Of a DNA stretch of 64,000 nucleotides, positions 26,928 through 40,082 are shown in pieces; positions within the stretch are counted from its first letter, which is position 1, and each line of letters starts with the position of its first letter. The notes under the pieces were generated by a model. That model saw only the letters and a list, made by a program, of their open reading frames with translations. It searched no databases and had not been told where the DNA came from. Location of the stretch: positions 12,028,001 to 12,092,000 of the forward strand of contig OX597822.1 of NCBI GenBank assembly GCA_951406725.2. Direction: 5' to 3'. The translations under genes and the position numbers were made by a program. Source of the DNA: Octopus vulgaris (taxonomy: Eukaryota).

Positions 26928-26962
26928 GTTTCCGACGAAGAGCTCCGCTCGAAACGTTAAAC
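26928..26962 (+). ncRNA. Minimal hammerhead-like motif in a ~200-bp (TA)n-flanked insert (26862-27063), probably a Penelope-like terminal repeat
   Basis: gttt-CCGACGA-a-gagc-tcc-gctc-GAAA-cg-TT-aaac; stems I and II pair perfectly; U4 is replaced by C. Confidence 0.65.
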
Positions 26963-27086
26963 CCTCCTTCTTCCCTTCTTTCCTGAGCGTCCAATAATAC
27001 TATATTTGTTCCACGTCCTCGCGTTGTTGTGTTTTTTTTTGTGTTTTCTTGTTTGGATTAACTTTATATGTGTATATATATACATA

Positions 27087-27161
<75 letters not shown>

Positions 27162-27904
27162 GTATGCATATATATCGATACATATGTGTGCGTGTGTGTG
27201 CATTAAATCAGATTCGTTAAGATGAGATTTAAATCAAAAAACCTAGTGTTTCACATTCTTTCTTTAGATGTTTATGCACAGAGGAATGCATATCTCACTC
27301 CCATGCAGCCGAGGCACACACGAACTTTTGGAATTTCGTTACAACTAGTTACAACTAGTCACAACTTCAATAGCATGACTCATAAAAGTCTTGCAAGTCA
27401 CAGGGATAACTGAAGCGGTTCTTAGACATTCACGGAAAACAGGCGGAAAATGGTGACAATGCAGAAACGAAACATCGCTCCAGTATTTGTAAACAGCTCT
27501 TCAAACACCTTTCAGGGCTCAAAAACCCTGTAAGATCTCATGCTGCAAAATAGCAATTATAGGTACCAGAAGATGTCAAGGAGCTGACTGCCTCATTATA
27601 TCTATGTGTATGTGTGTTTGTGTTTGTGTTTCGCCTCGGAGATTGCGAACCGGTGCTGGTTTGTTTAGTGTTGTTTCGTTCTGGTGATGAGCACTTGAAG
27701 GCTGTTCCCCCGGCATGGTCGCAGTCCAATGATTGAAACATCTAAAAGATAGAAGCTGCAGGATACATACATACTTATTTCTCTCGCTGGTTTACAAGGA
27801 AACAGAAATGTCAAAATTATACAGCTTCTTTGTGAATGACTTCTTTATGGAAAGAATATGCAAGAGATGGAAAGGAGCGTTGTCCTAGTGACAATATTCC
27901 CAAA

Positions 27905-29323
27905 GAATGTAGGCTTGGAGTTTGTTCAGGATAAATGTTGTTATATGAGTGTGAAAGTGTGAAAAGCTATAAACCAAACGAGTAACACCTCCATCAATGA
28001 TTTGATTGTTTCCCCTGTAACTGACGACGAGTGCTAACGGTATCTAGGGGTGCATGAAAATCTATCTTACAATGGCACCTGTAACACAACACGTGTCACA
28101 AAAGGATATTACAACCGAATAAAGAAAATTTGAACTTGAAAACTCTCTGCATTCAATAAAACAATGGCCCACAATGTGTTTGTAGTGCCAGTACTCATAC
28201 CAACATTTGCGCTGCTTGACTGGACGCTTGATGAGATCCGAGCCATTGATGTGAAAACCCGAAAAATACTAACAAGCATACATAATTTCCACATAAACAG
28301 TGACGTAGGCCGCCTCAACCTAACACGAAAACAAGGCGGCAGAGGCTTAACTTCGATCCAAAATGCGTTTGAATGTCGCATCATGTCTCTTCAGGAACAT
28401 CTTTTAACCACCAAGCGTCGAAATGCATCCCTCAACAAAGGTTTCATACATGAGGCTAATAACATCATAAGACTTGGAAGTCAGCTCTGAAAACCTAGAA
28501 TACATGCCCAAAGACGACGCTCGACACTACTGCAGCGTATCGTCAGCTGAAAGGATGAGCCTATATGAGCAAAAGACTATGCATGGATATGTTAATAGAA
28601 GGCTTCATGATGATAGTAAAATCGATCTTGGAAGCAGTTTATCATAGACCAATAGCCAGATTACTACATCCCACTTTGAAGGGTGTGCGCTTGCAATCCA
28701 GGAACAGGAAATATTAACCAAGCACCGGATGCACAAAAGGTAGAGAAATGCAGAAAAAGGAGTAAAATGTGGCAACCAATGCAGACTTTGTGGAGTTCAG
28801 ACTGAAGGTATCACGCATATCCTAAGCAGTTGTCCGTGTCATGATGGTATTATCTACCATGAGGCATGATGTTGTAGCTAGGATACTCTATAACGAAATC
28901 CGTCGGAAGGATAATCTCGAGGACAAAGAAATAAGAACCCACAATATGGTAGAAGCCATAGCCACTCATAATTAAAAGGATTACTGGTGGAATGTACCAG
29001 TGAAGACCTCAATAAAATGCACGCACAACATACCTTATATAATGATTTGGTATCGAGAAGAGAATCTGTGCACAGTTGTGGAAATTTGCTGACCAGCGGA
29101 TGTTAACATAAAGCTGAGATTCAGTGAAACAGAGAATACCTACGCTGAACTATTGAGAAATCTGCAGTTACTATATCCAGATTGCAAGTTCAGGTTTATA
29201 CCTGTAATTATTGGGACCCTGGGATATGTAATAAACTGCCTAAATACCAATCTTGAGAAATTAGTCTTCTCAAAACCAGAAAGGAGAAAGCTAAAAATCA
29301 GTAAAACTTTCCAGAAGTTTATC

Positions 29324-29328
<5 letters not shown>
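27905..29328 (+). mobile_element. R4/Dong-like (RLE-type) LINE, degraded 3' part
   Basis: YLGVHEN..LSAFNK..IDVKTRKILT..SDVGRL..RKQGGRGL..MHG..AIQEQEILTK..CRLCGVQTEGITHILSSCP (CCHC)..RHDVVA..YWWNVPVKT..IPVIIGTLG. Confidence 0.9.
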
Positions 29329-29365
<37 letters not shown>

Positions 29366-29367
<2 letters not shown>

Positions 29368-29620
29368 GGTAAAGACCCCCTTCGGTCATGAATGACCATG
29401 GGATTGCACTAGAAAGTTACCCTCCTAGACACAAGTCCGGGCAAGGTTGTTTATGGAAGACCAGCAGTCGCCCATATACCTCCCCTCTCCACGCCACCAG
29501 TGTTATCCAAGGGAAAGACAAAGGTCGATACAGCTTGGCACCAGTGATCGCAACTCATTTCTACATGAATGGAGCAACGTGAAATAGTGCCTTGCTCAAG
29601 AACACAACACGCAGCCCGGT

Positions 29621-29622
<2 letters not shown>
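29366..29622 (-). mobile_element. SINE family D fragment (core plus tail)
   Basis: Minus strand core gtgttcttgagcaaggcact resembles the family C core, but the tail is different (..catggtcattcatgaccgaagggggtctttaccc). Confidence 0.6.
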
Positions 29623-29673
<51 letters not shown>

Positions 29674-31086
29674 CACAGACGCATACACAGAGAAAATATG
29701 CTCTATGAGGAGGATACGGGACCAAATTCCGGAATAAGTAAGACCCCCCCCTCACACTACACTGTTATTTCCAGAGTAGCACACAACACGGGACATAAAA
29801 CCACAGCATTTTGTTGAAACCGGGAATCGAACATTAACTTGCGTATTCAAGTACCTGTAATTTGCTATTCTATATTCACTACACACACACACGCGCGCGC
29901 GCACAGAAACACATACACACATATATATATGTGTGCGTGTTTGGTGTGTGTGTATGTATATGTATGACGATGGCAAAAGTGGCCGAAACTTCGAAGTCAG
30001 AGTTAACATTCTGGTTTGAGAATAGCAAATTCATACTCAAAAAATTATAGAGTAAACCATAAGATTAATCTAAAATTGTTGTTATTGTAACAGTACATAA
30101 AAACAAGCATGAATATATATACATATATACATATGTATATGTATGTGTCCACGTAAATATATATATATATATACACACACATACATATATATATATACAC
30201 ATACATATATATATATATATAAATATATATATGTATGTGTATATATATATGTGTGTGTGTGTCTCACCGAGGGTATTGTGTTTGTCAACTGGCTGTGTAT
30301 CTTCGGGGCAATATGTGTATTTATGGTATTATCCTGTGATATTAAAGCGAATGCATATATGTACACATCCACCAATATTTGCATGTATGAGTGCTCGAGA
30401 GATTTCCTGAGAATATTTATACGTATGCCTGAATACGTGTATGTGTGTGCGTGTATGCATGTGTGTGTGTGTGTGTATTTATTTGTGAGTCTATTTAAGT
30501 ATCGAAATATAATATATATGGGGTGTTAACTTTGTCAAATTAGCATCGGCAAAAGCACATATATTGTTATCATCTGCCAACTTGTCAACTAGAGCATATG
30601 TGTTAAGAAAGATTAATATCATATCCTATACATAACCGTACATAAATACGACTGCCATCCAACAGCCACCTACCATCTCCCCCTCAGTTACTCTTTTGCC
30701 TCGTCTATATAAAGATATGAGGCGTGTGCATGTTTGCATGAACTTGACTTTATGTGTGTGTGTGTGTGTGTATGTATCCGTGTGTATGTGTGTGTGTTTG
30801 TGTGTATATATACATATACAACGTCCATTTCTATATTTATAAATAGTCATATGCAGAGACATGCAAGTGTATATATAAATATTAATACATGCATATATGC
30901 ATAAAGGCACATGTACACTCAGAAATATATATACATGTACATGTACATATATATATATATATACACATATTTAGATATATGTATATATATGTATGTGTAT
31001 ATATGTGTATAAGTATTTATGTCTATAGATATGTATGTATATGCATATGTATATATACATATATGCATATACTCATATATATCTAA

Positions 31087-31133
<47 letters not shown>

Positions 31134-31174
31134 GTATATATCTATATATATAAGTAAATATGTTTATATGTATG

Positions 31175-31266
<92 letters not shown>

Positions 31267-31735
31267 CACATGCATACACACCACACATCTGTAGAGAACT
31301 CAGGGAAACTGGGAAAGTGAGACAGTGAGGGACAGTACGCAGAAACTGGGGAAGAGAGAATCTTAAATGTTGGTGTGGAAGTGTTAAATGTATGTGATGT
31401 GTGCGTGTGCGTGTATGCGACAAAGAGAGAAAGACAGCTTGGGTATGCGTTTATATATCTTATTAAAAGCAACCATTGATCTGATATTGGCGAACGTTAT
31501 AACCAGGAGACATCTGCAAAGATGAATGGAAATACTTGCCTTACATAAATATGTAGAGATGGATATGTGTATAACGTATGTATATACGCTTGTGTGTATA
31601 TGTTAAAGTATATATATATATATGTATGTATGTATGTATACTGACATGCATACGCACTCACTCATATCTGTGTTTATATATCTATGTATGTGCGTATAGA
31701 TATATGCCTACATACATGCATACATACAAAGGCCC

Positions 31736-31778
<43 letters not shown>

Positions 31779-32025
31779 TGTAGAGCAAGTCATAGACATG
31801 TGCATACATATTTATGCATACAATCAGGCGAGCACACACATACGTATATATCCATTTGTATATATACTCCTTTCCATATATGCTACATTTGTACAAAAAC
31901 CTTTGTGTGAACACGCGTGTGCGTATATATATATATACATATATATATATGTATACGTATGTATGTATGTATGTATGTATGTATTTATGTATGTATGTAT
32001 GTATGTATGTATATATATATATATC

Positions 32026-32068
<43 letters not shown>

Positions 32069-32439
32069 ATATGTATGTGAAGATATATCCATTCGTACAT
32101 ACGCTCTCATACATACACATATGTGTGTACACACTGAAATATATAAAATGTGAGTACGTGTATAGGTACACATATGTATATGTGTGATTGTGTATATATC
32201 CATCATATCTATTGATTTGATCGTTACGGCTGTAATTCATATATAAAAGCAGCAACCAAACCGGATTTAGATGCGAGCTAAATTTGCAAGGCCCGGATTT
32301 TATCATTCTCAGAACAGGTGCGACTGTGATTATGCAAAGAAAAATCGATAAAGAAATCTAAGACTGAATTCCAATGTGCGATTTGTAAATTGGAAATGTC
32401 TTAGAAAATTTATCATTCGCAGACATACACATTTATATA

Positions 32440-32488
<49 letters not shown>

Positions 32489-32598
32489 GTGTGTGTATAT
32501 CTGCGTAAAGGTATGTATATATGCACATGTATACATACATGCATGTGCATATCTATACATATGTGTGTATATATATATATATACAGATATATATATAC

Positions 32599-32645
<47 letters not shown>

Positions 32646-32724
32646 TATATATATATATACAGATATATATATACATATATATATATACATGTATATACAT
32701 ATATATAGACACACACATATATAC

Positions 32725-32765
<41 letters not shown>

Positions 32766-32785
32766 TATATTTATGGCGATTCTTT

Positions 32786-32849
<64 letters not shown>

Positions 32850-33073
32850 CGATGTGTGTGTGTGTGTGTGTGTTTGTGAAACAAAATGTATGTGTGAGAC
32901 AGGGAAAGGCTACGTATATGTTTGTGTGTTAGCGCCATCGTGTGTGTGTATCAGTGGGTGGGTGTGTGACCATATTACTACTGTTCATGAGGGAAAGTTA
33001 TATCATGCTTGTATTATTTAGTTCCAGACTTCCACAGAGATTTATTGATTGTATTGAGCAGCAATGTTACTTC

Positions 33074-33167
<94 letters not shown>

Positions 33168-33211
33168 GTGTATGTATGTATGTCTGTATCTATGTATGTA
33201 TGTATATATAT

Positions 33212-33251
<40 letters not shown>

Positions 33252-33643
33252 CTGAATGTCTTAGGGTTATAGTTGTTTTTCCTATACGGAAAAATAAATA
33301 TATATTTATTTATATATATTCAAATGTATATATGTATGTATATGTGCATGCGTGTTTGTGTGTATTTACGTTCTTATGTGTGTAAGTGCAAGGAGCAATA
33401 CCCGGTCTCGGCCAAGTTTATTATTTCCTAAAATATACTTTATGATATGTGTTCACAATATTTCGGATATATTGCTTTTAAAAAGATGCTGTCAATTACC
33501 TGTAGGTCGACGAATTTTTTATACATCCAGAATAGTTACAAATCATCAAAAATGGTGGATTACCTTTTCCTTCATGAACATACGACATGAATAAATAAAT
33601 GAATGAATAAATGAATAAATTATTAATTAAATAAATATAATTC

Positions 33644-34048
33644 GTGTGGTAAGTTGCTTGCTTACCAACCACATGCTTCAGGGTTCATTCCCACTGCGTA
33701 GCATCTTGGGCAAGTGACGTCTACTATAGCCTCGAGCCGACCAAATCCTTGTGAGTAGATTTGGTAGACGGAAACTGAATGAAGCCCGTCGTATATATGT
33801 ATATATATATATATATGTGTGTGTGTATGTGTATGTTTGTGTGTATGTCTTTGTCCCTCTAACATCGCTTGACAACCGATGGTAGTGTGTTTACGTCCCC
33901 CATAACTTAGCGGTTCGGCAAAAGAGACCGATAGTATAAGTACTAGGCGTCCAAAGAATAACTCCTAGGGTCGATTTGATCGACTAAATGTGGTGCTCCA
34001 GCATAGCCGCAGTCAAATGACTGAAACAAGTAAAATACTAAAAGAGTA
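33644..34048 (+). mobile_element. SINE family A, near full-length
   Basis: All head, core, microsatellite and tail motifs present. Confidence 0.92.
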
Positions 34049-34094
34049 ATTGCCAAAATCTTACCCCGGATATTTTGTTAAATATATTTGGTAA

Positions 34095-34312
34095 ATAATT
34101 CTTTCTACAAATCGCACGAGGCCTGACATTTTTGGTGGAGCATCTCGTAGATTACATCGACTCCATTGCTCAAATGTTACATATTTTATCAACCACGAAA
34201 TGATGAAAGGCAAAATAAACCTTGGCGGTATCAGACCTCGGAAGGTAAATCTGTAAGAAATGAGGTAAAGCATTTTGGCCGATGTCATATCTGTTCTTCC
34301 TACTCACCGCAT
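34095..34312 (-). mobile_element. SINE family B, degraded
   Basis: gattacatcgactcc..ttttatc..tgaaaggcaaa..ccttggcgg. Confidence 0.65.
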
Positions 34313-35119
34313 TAATATCTAAGAAGTAATTTATATAATTTCTAGAAATTAATTATGTTAACTTAAATATTAACTTTCTTAGTAACAACAGCAAACTAGC
34401 CACTGGTCTTCTTTAAAATGTTTAATTCATTCGAATAGAAAATATAACTTCTGAGCACCTCCTCGGAAAATGTATCTCTAACCAAATGTCATCTACCTGT
34501 GTCCAAAGGATTTGATTATGTTTTCAATTACACGCGGACTGTTAAGAAACATCCATATGTCGCCCTATCACCGCTTGATAAACGCTGTTGGTTTGTTTAG
34601 CTGCTCACATCTTAGAGGTTCAACAAAAGTAAAAGAAAATTGCCTAAGTACAAGAGTTAACAAAAGAGTAATGATATCTATTTGTTGGATGAAAATACTT
34701 CATGGCGGTGCCCCAGCATGACCACAGATTTAAAAAAATGAAAGATAGATGAAAAAAGATAAATGTTGATATATATGTGCATTCACATATGAGTGGGTAC
34801 GTATTTGCTTGTGTGTGTATATACAAAAATGTATGTACGAATTTATATGTATATGGATATATATATATATATATACTGCATGTATAAGTGTAAATATAAT
34901 TATCGAAACGTGTGGTGTTTATTAAATAGCTGTCTAACCGTGCACATTCTTGACTCTATTCAATTTTATTTCATAAGTGTATATATATGTATATATGTAT
35001 ATATGTGTATATATATATATATTTATATATATATATATACATATATACATATTTATATATGTATATATACATACACACACATACACACACACACACACAC
35101 ATACACACACACACACACG

Positions 35120-35152
<33 letters not shown>

Positions 35153-35535
35153 TATATTATTATATGTTTGTTTTCACTGTCCTGTTTGTGTTACCAATTT
35201 TGACCCTCCGCAAAATCCCAAATTATACCCAATTTGCTTTGCGGAAGCAACTGTCTTATCGAAAGCGTATATTGTTGTTAAATGCTCGAAATACGAGACT
35301 AGATTAACAGTCAAAAACTGATGAAGGGTCGTTCTTTATGTTGTTTGTTTTGTTTTCCATTTGTATTTTTTGCTGTTCAAAAAATTGTTCATATTCTATG
35401 CACCCGTACTTCGTATTTTTTTGTTATAGTCGTTTCGTGACTTCCTGTGGTCACATATGCATATATATATATATACATATATATGTGCATATATATACGT
35501 ATAGATGTAAGTATGTACATATACATATGTATATA

Positions 35536-35590
<55 letters not shown>

Positions 35591-35595
<5 letters not shown>

Positions 35596-35702
35596 TAGGG
35601 AGATAATACAAATTTATACATAAATTATTAGAGAGTTACCACTATGTGGATAGTGGTAACTCTAATAATTTATGTATAAATTTGTATTATCTCCCTAGTT
35701 TT
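35591..35702. repeat. Near-perfect palindrome (53-55-bp arms, 4-nt spacer)
   Basis: aaaactagggagataatac..gttaccactat-gtgg-atagtggtaac..gtattatctccctagtttt; the arms differ only by a 2-nt indel. Confidence 0.92.
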
Positions 35703-35772
35703 TTGTGCTAAGCCACTTGGTGTTAAATTAATGGTATTATTAAATTAATATCACTTTTTCACCCTCATTTAT

Positions 35773-35832
<60 letters not shown>

Positions 35833-36949
35833 TATACATTTAATTTACATGTATATGTAAATTGATTCAAAGAACCAAATAATATTTCTCACACTCATTT
35901 CTCCACTTGATGCGTCGCCATCGAGGAAGACCGTGTGTGAAGCTAGGATTGTATCTAATCATCGTTCTGAAAATTAAGGAATCGCAATGGTCGTCGGTAT
36001 GTACAAAAGTTCATTCGATGAGACAACTGAAAGAGCAGATGTTTATTCTATTTGTCGTCAGCTGTTTCGTAATCTGTGGTTATTACACAAGCGACGCTAC
36101 ACCATCTGTTATCCATATATAAATGAATAGATAAATGAAAATATATACCCGTAAATAGAACTGTGATTTAACATAACGAATAGATTACAATTCAGAAGAT
36201 TTCATGACAGCCTGAAACAACAGGTTTGTTATAAATAACAAATGGTTTCATTATATTGTCAAAGACAATAAATATATTTGGCAGATAACATGTTTTTACT
36301 AATACTAGAATTAGCAAATATGAAGTGTATTAATGAAGGGAGGACAGAAGATGAATGCAATTTCAGACAAGGAATAAAATACAAAAAAAGAAGTACAATA
36401 AAAATAAAAAAAGTAAATTAGAAAGAAAAAGTTTATCATACATATTTACTTGGCAGGGATTTATTTCGCGACCCTTTACTATTTAAATGAATAAGAAAAT
36501 TTCTTACGCCTTTTATATCAATCGGGATGATGGTTTGTTTCGTTTAGAAGAGGAAAAATTTTGTTTTGGAGAAAGGGAGAAAGTGAGAAATATAGGGAAA
36601 AAGTCAAGAGGGATAAAGAAAGAAGAGATAGAGAAGGGTAAGGAAGAGAAGGAGAAACAGGCTTCTTTTGCAACGATTTTGCATCGACATTGTCAACTCA
36701 TTGAAATTTAATTACAATTCAAGATTTCATTCTTGATTCAGTCTGTGTTATTGAAAGCATCTCTTCTTCTCTCCCTCCACTTCTCTTATTATATACATAT
36801 TAACATGTTTGTAAATATACACATCAGGATTGAAAAAGCGACACATGTGACCAATCCATTGAAATTCAATTACAATTCAAGATGTCATTTTGATTCAGTC
36901 ATTGTTTTCGAAAGCCTCTCTTTCTCTCTCCCTCCTATTCTCTACATGT

Positions 36950-37165
36950 GTGTGTTTCTTTCTGTCTGTGCTTGACCCCCACCACTGCTTAACAACTGGT
37001 GTTGAGGTGTTTACGATCCCGTGGGCCAGCGGTTTGGCAAAGGAGGTTGATAGAATAAATACCAGACTTTAAAAGCTAATACGTACTGGGGTCGGTTCGT
37101 TCGTCTAAAATTTCTTCAAGGCGGTGCCCCAGCATGGCCGCAGTCTAATGACTGAAGCAAACGAT
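36950..37165 (+). mobile_element. SINE family A, 3' half
   Basis: ggcggtgccccagcatggccgcagtctaatgactgaa. Confidence 0.82.
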
Positions 37166-37601
37166 AAAAAAAACAAACGAAGAGAATAGAAGGAAAAAAG
37201 TAAAATGGAATTTAAGTAGAAATATAAAAGGTCAGGTTTGCTAAAGACAATGTATTTGTTTTAATGGAGGTACGTTGTGGAATGGCAAAAAATTCGAAAG
37301 TGTTGGTATTTCACGAACGACTGAATCAGAGCAGAAATGTCATCGGAACACCATTGTTGACAGAACCAACATACGCAGACCCATACACCTTCTATGAAGA
37401 ACTTCACATACACACGTCCTTTCTCTCTCTCTCCCTCTCTCACTCCCTCTCCCTCTCGCTCGCTTTTCCTCTCCCTGTCTCTTCCTCTTTCTCTCTCTCT
37501 CTCTAACAGACACACAACAGTTTTTACAACAAATATCCATATCAAAATGGTAATTTCATGAATATTACAATTTCATCATTTTGGTTAAGTGTCTAGATCA
37601 A

Positions 37602-38767
37602 TCTATATCATTATTTGCGCGTGCATTTGAGTGTGTATATATATGTATATATATATATAAATAATATATATAAGCATATATACATACTTGACACGTGAGT
37701 AGAATTCATGTCCAGAAATCTCATGACATACTAGATTGTTGAAAAAGTCGATAATACGGCACCTGGAAGGGACCTTTATATCTACCTCATATAACTGTTT
37801 TTTTAAACACCCAAGGGAAATAACCCATAACAACTGTTCAATATTTTTAACCACTGAAGGGAAATAAACCACTTCATTGTTTATGATCGATTACTTTGAA
37901 TATTGATTTTTTGTGTGACCTATTTCTAATTTTTGCAGACAAAATCACTTTTGTACTTTATTTGATACATGAGAAGTCATGTCTGGAAACCTCGTGACAT
38001 ACTTAGATTGTTGAAATATAATAGGTCCCTTCCAAGTGATCCTTCTATCTACTTCATATTAATATTTTATTTAAACAACCCAAGGGAAATAGCCCATAGC
38101 ACTCGCAGATTCTAGCGAAGCGAACAATATTAAATTTTCATGATCAGCCGACCTAATTCTGCATTTCACTACTCACGGTTTTGAAATGTTAAACGTTATT
38201 ATTGCACTTCCTTAATTTGAATCTTAAACATTAAAGACTTCATTCATACATTTCTATACATACATACTTTTTTGAATGCACATTACTCCGATAATTCTGC
38301 ATTTTTACAGTTACACTTTTTCCATGACAGTAGGTAATATTTTTATTCCACAACGAATTTGTAGTGGCTTGATGCAGGCATAAAGTGGATTCAATCTTCA
38401 ATTGCCAAATTTCACTTACCATTTCAACAGAGCTTTTCTCACGGTAAAACAATAGCTTTCCTGTGAATGATAGCAGTTCTACATTTCCAAGATGCCTTCG
38501 CTAAGCAGAATAATATATTTGCCTCTCGCCAACCTCCGTCAACCCCTCTCACCAGCCTCCGACAATCTTTCTCGCCAACCTCCGTAAACCCCTCTCGCAA
38601 ACTTCTAACAATCTCTCCCTCCTCCAGCTGACAGTGTTTTGTATTTTTCCGTGATGGAAGATACACATTTTGTGGCAGTTAAAACGAAATTGCTTTCTCA
38701 TATCAGAGTTATTAGGCGTTTCAATAGAAAGTCTTTATTCCCGGGAAGTACCGGGTGCACCAGTTAG
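37602..38767 (+). mobile_element. Probable non-autonomous Helitron
   Basis: A|TCTATA start (uncertain), internal duplication and ~23-bp minisatellite (38523-38615), 3' hairpin cccgg-gaagta-ccggg, then ..cagTTAG|T. Confidence 0.5.
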
Positions 38768-38849
38768 TATATGCATACATACATACATATATACATACAC
38801 ACACACACACACATACTTATATATATATAAATATCAATTTTCCTGAAAC

Positions 38850-39195
<346 letters not shown>

Positions 39196-40068
39196 TTATT
39201 TCATACAAATTGCCACAGGGGCATAACATAGAGTAACAATTATATTAATGGGATGAAATGAATATAAAACTTTTAATGAGGGAAATGAACGGCGCCCGCC
39301 GACCGCCGTCTCCCGAATACATTGATCTTTTTTAGAATAAACAGAATGAGGTTTCAAACTTCTTATCATTTACAATGCGGAGGCTTTCCTACCTCTTACT
39401 CATAGTCCAAGGCAGGAATTTCGGCAGACCAGGTACAGAAACAATTTTTGGTTGGCGAGATACATCCCCCAAAACAAACCAAAAAAAATTTAACTCACCA
39501 AAAAGTGAGTACTACTAGATTCACCACAGGCAGAAAAAATGTCTAGAGTTCAGCAGGGATTTATTAAAAATAACACAACAAATCCACCCCCGAACTCAAG
39601 AATCAAAAATCCCTACCCGTAGTGTGTCTCTTTTTTGCCCTCTTATTCATGCAGTTCAAAGCGACTTTACAACTGGAAATTGGTAGCAACAACAAAACCA
39701 GGCACTCCGAAGCAGGAACTACAGCAAACCAGGTACTCCAATGCGAGAATTATAGCAGAGGAACAATACTTTGGTTGCGAGATACGCCCACCAAAACACA
39801 GCAAATTTTTGTTGGCGAGATACTCCCACCCCAAAAAAACTTTACTCACTAAAAGTGAGTACAACTACACTCCAAAGACAGACAAAAATGTTTAGAGTTC
39901 GGCAGGTATTTATTAAAAATAACACAACAATAAATCCCCACCGAACTAAAAAGAAAACAAAAAGTCTTACCTGTAGCCAGTCTCTTTTATTTCTCTTATT
40001 CACGCAACTTAAAGCGACGTGACGTTCACAGTAGCAGTAGCCAACAACTGACGGTGCTTGTGTCGAGA
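39196..40068 (-). mobile_element. Non-coding non-autonomous retroelement with a duplicated ~300-bp 5' unit
   Basis: Bounded by 14-bp direct repeats; 3' ~180 bp homologous to 40083-40280; tandem units ~39425-39695 and ~39725-40050. Confidence 0.72.
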
Positions 40069-40082
40069 GTGAGCAAGCTACT

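Noticed and set aside
35313-35420. aaaaa-CTGATGA-a-gggt..accc-gtacttcgta-ttttt as another hammerhead
   Set aside because: The GAAA core is missing; at most a decayed relic
38523-38615. ~23-bp repeated units as a CRISPR-like array
   Set aside because: Head-to-tail minisatellite with no unique spacers, in eukaryotic DNA
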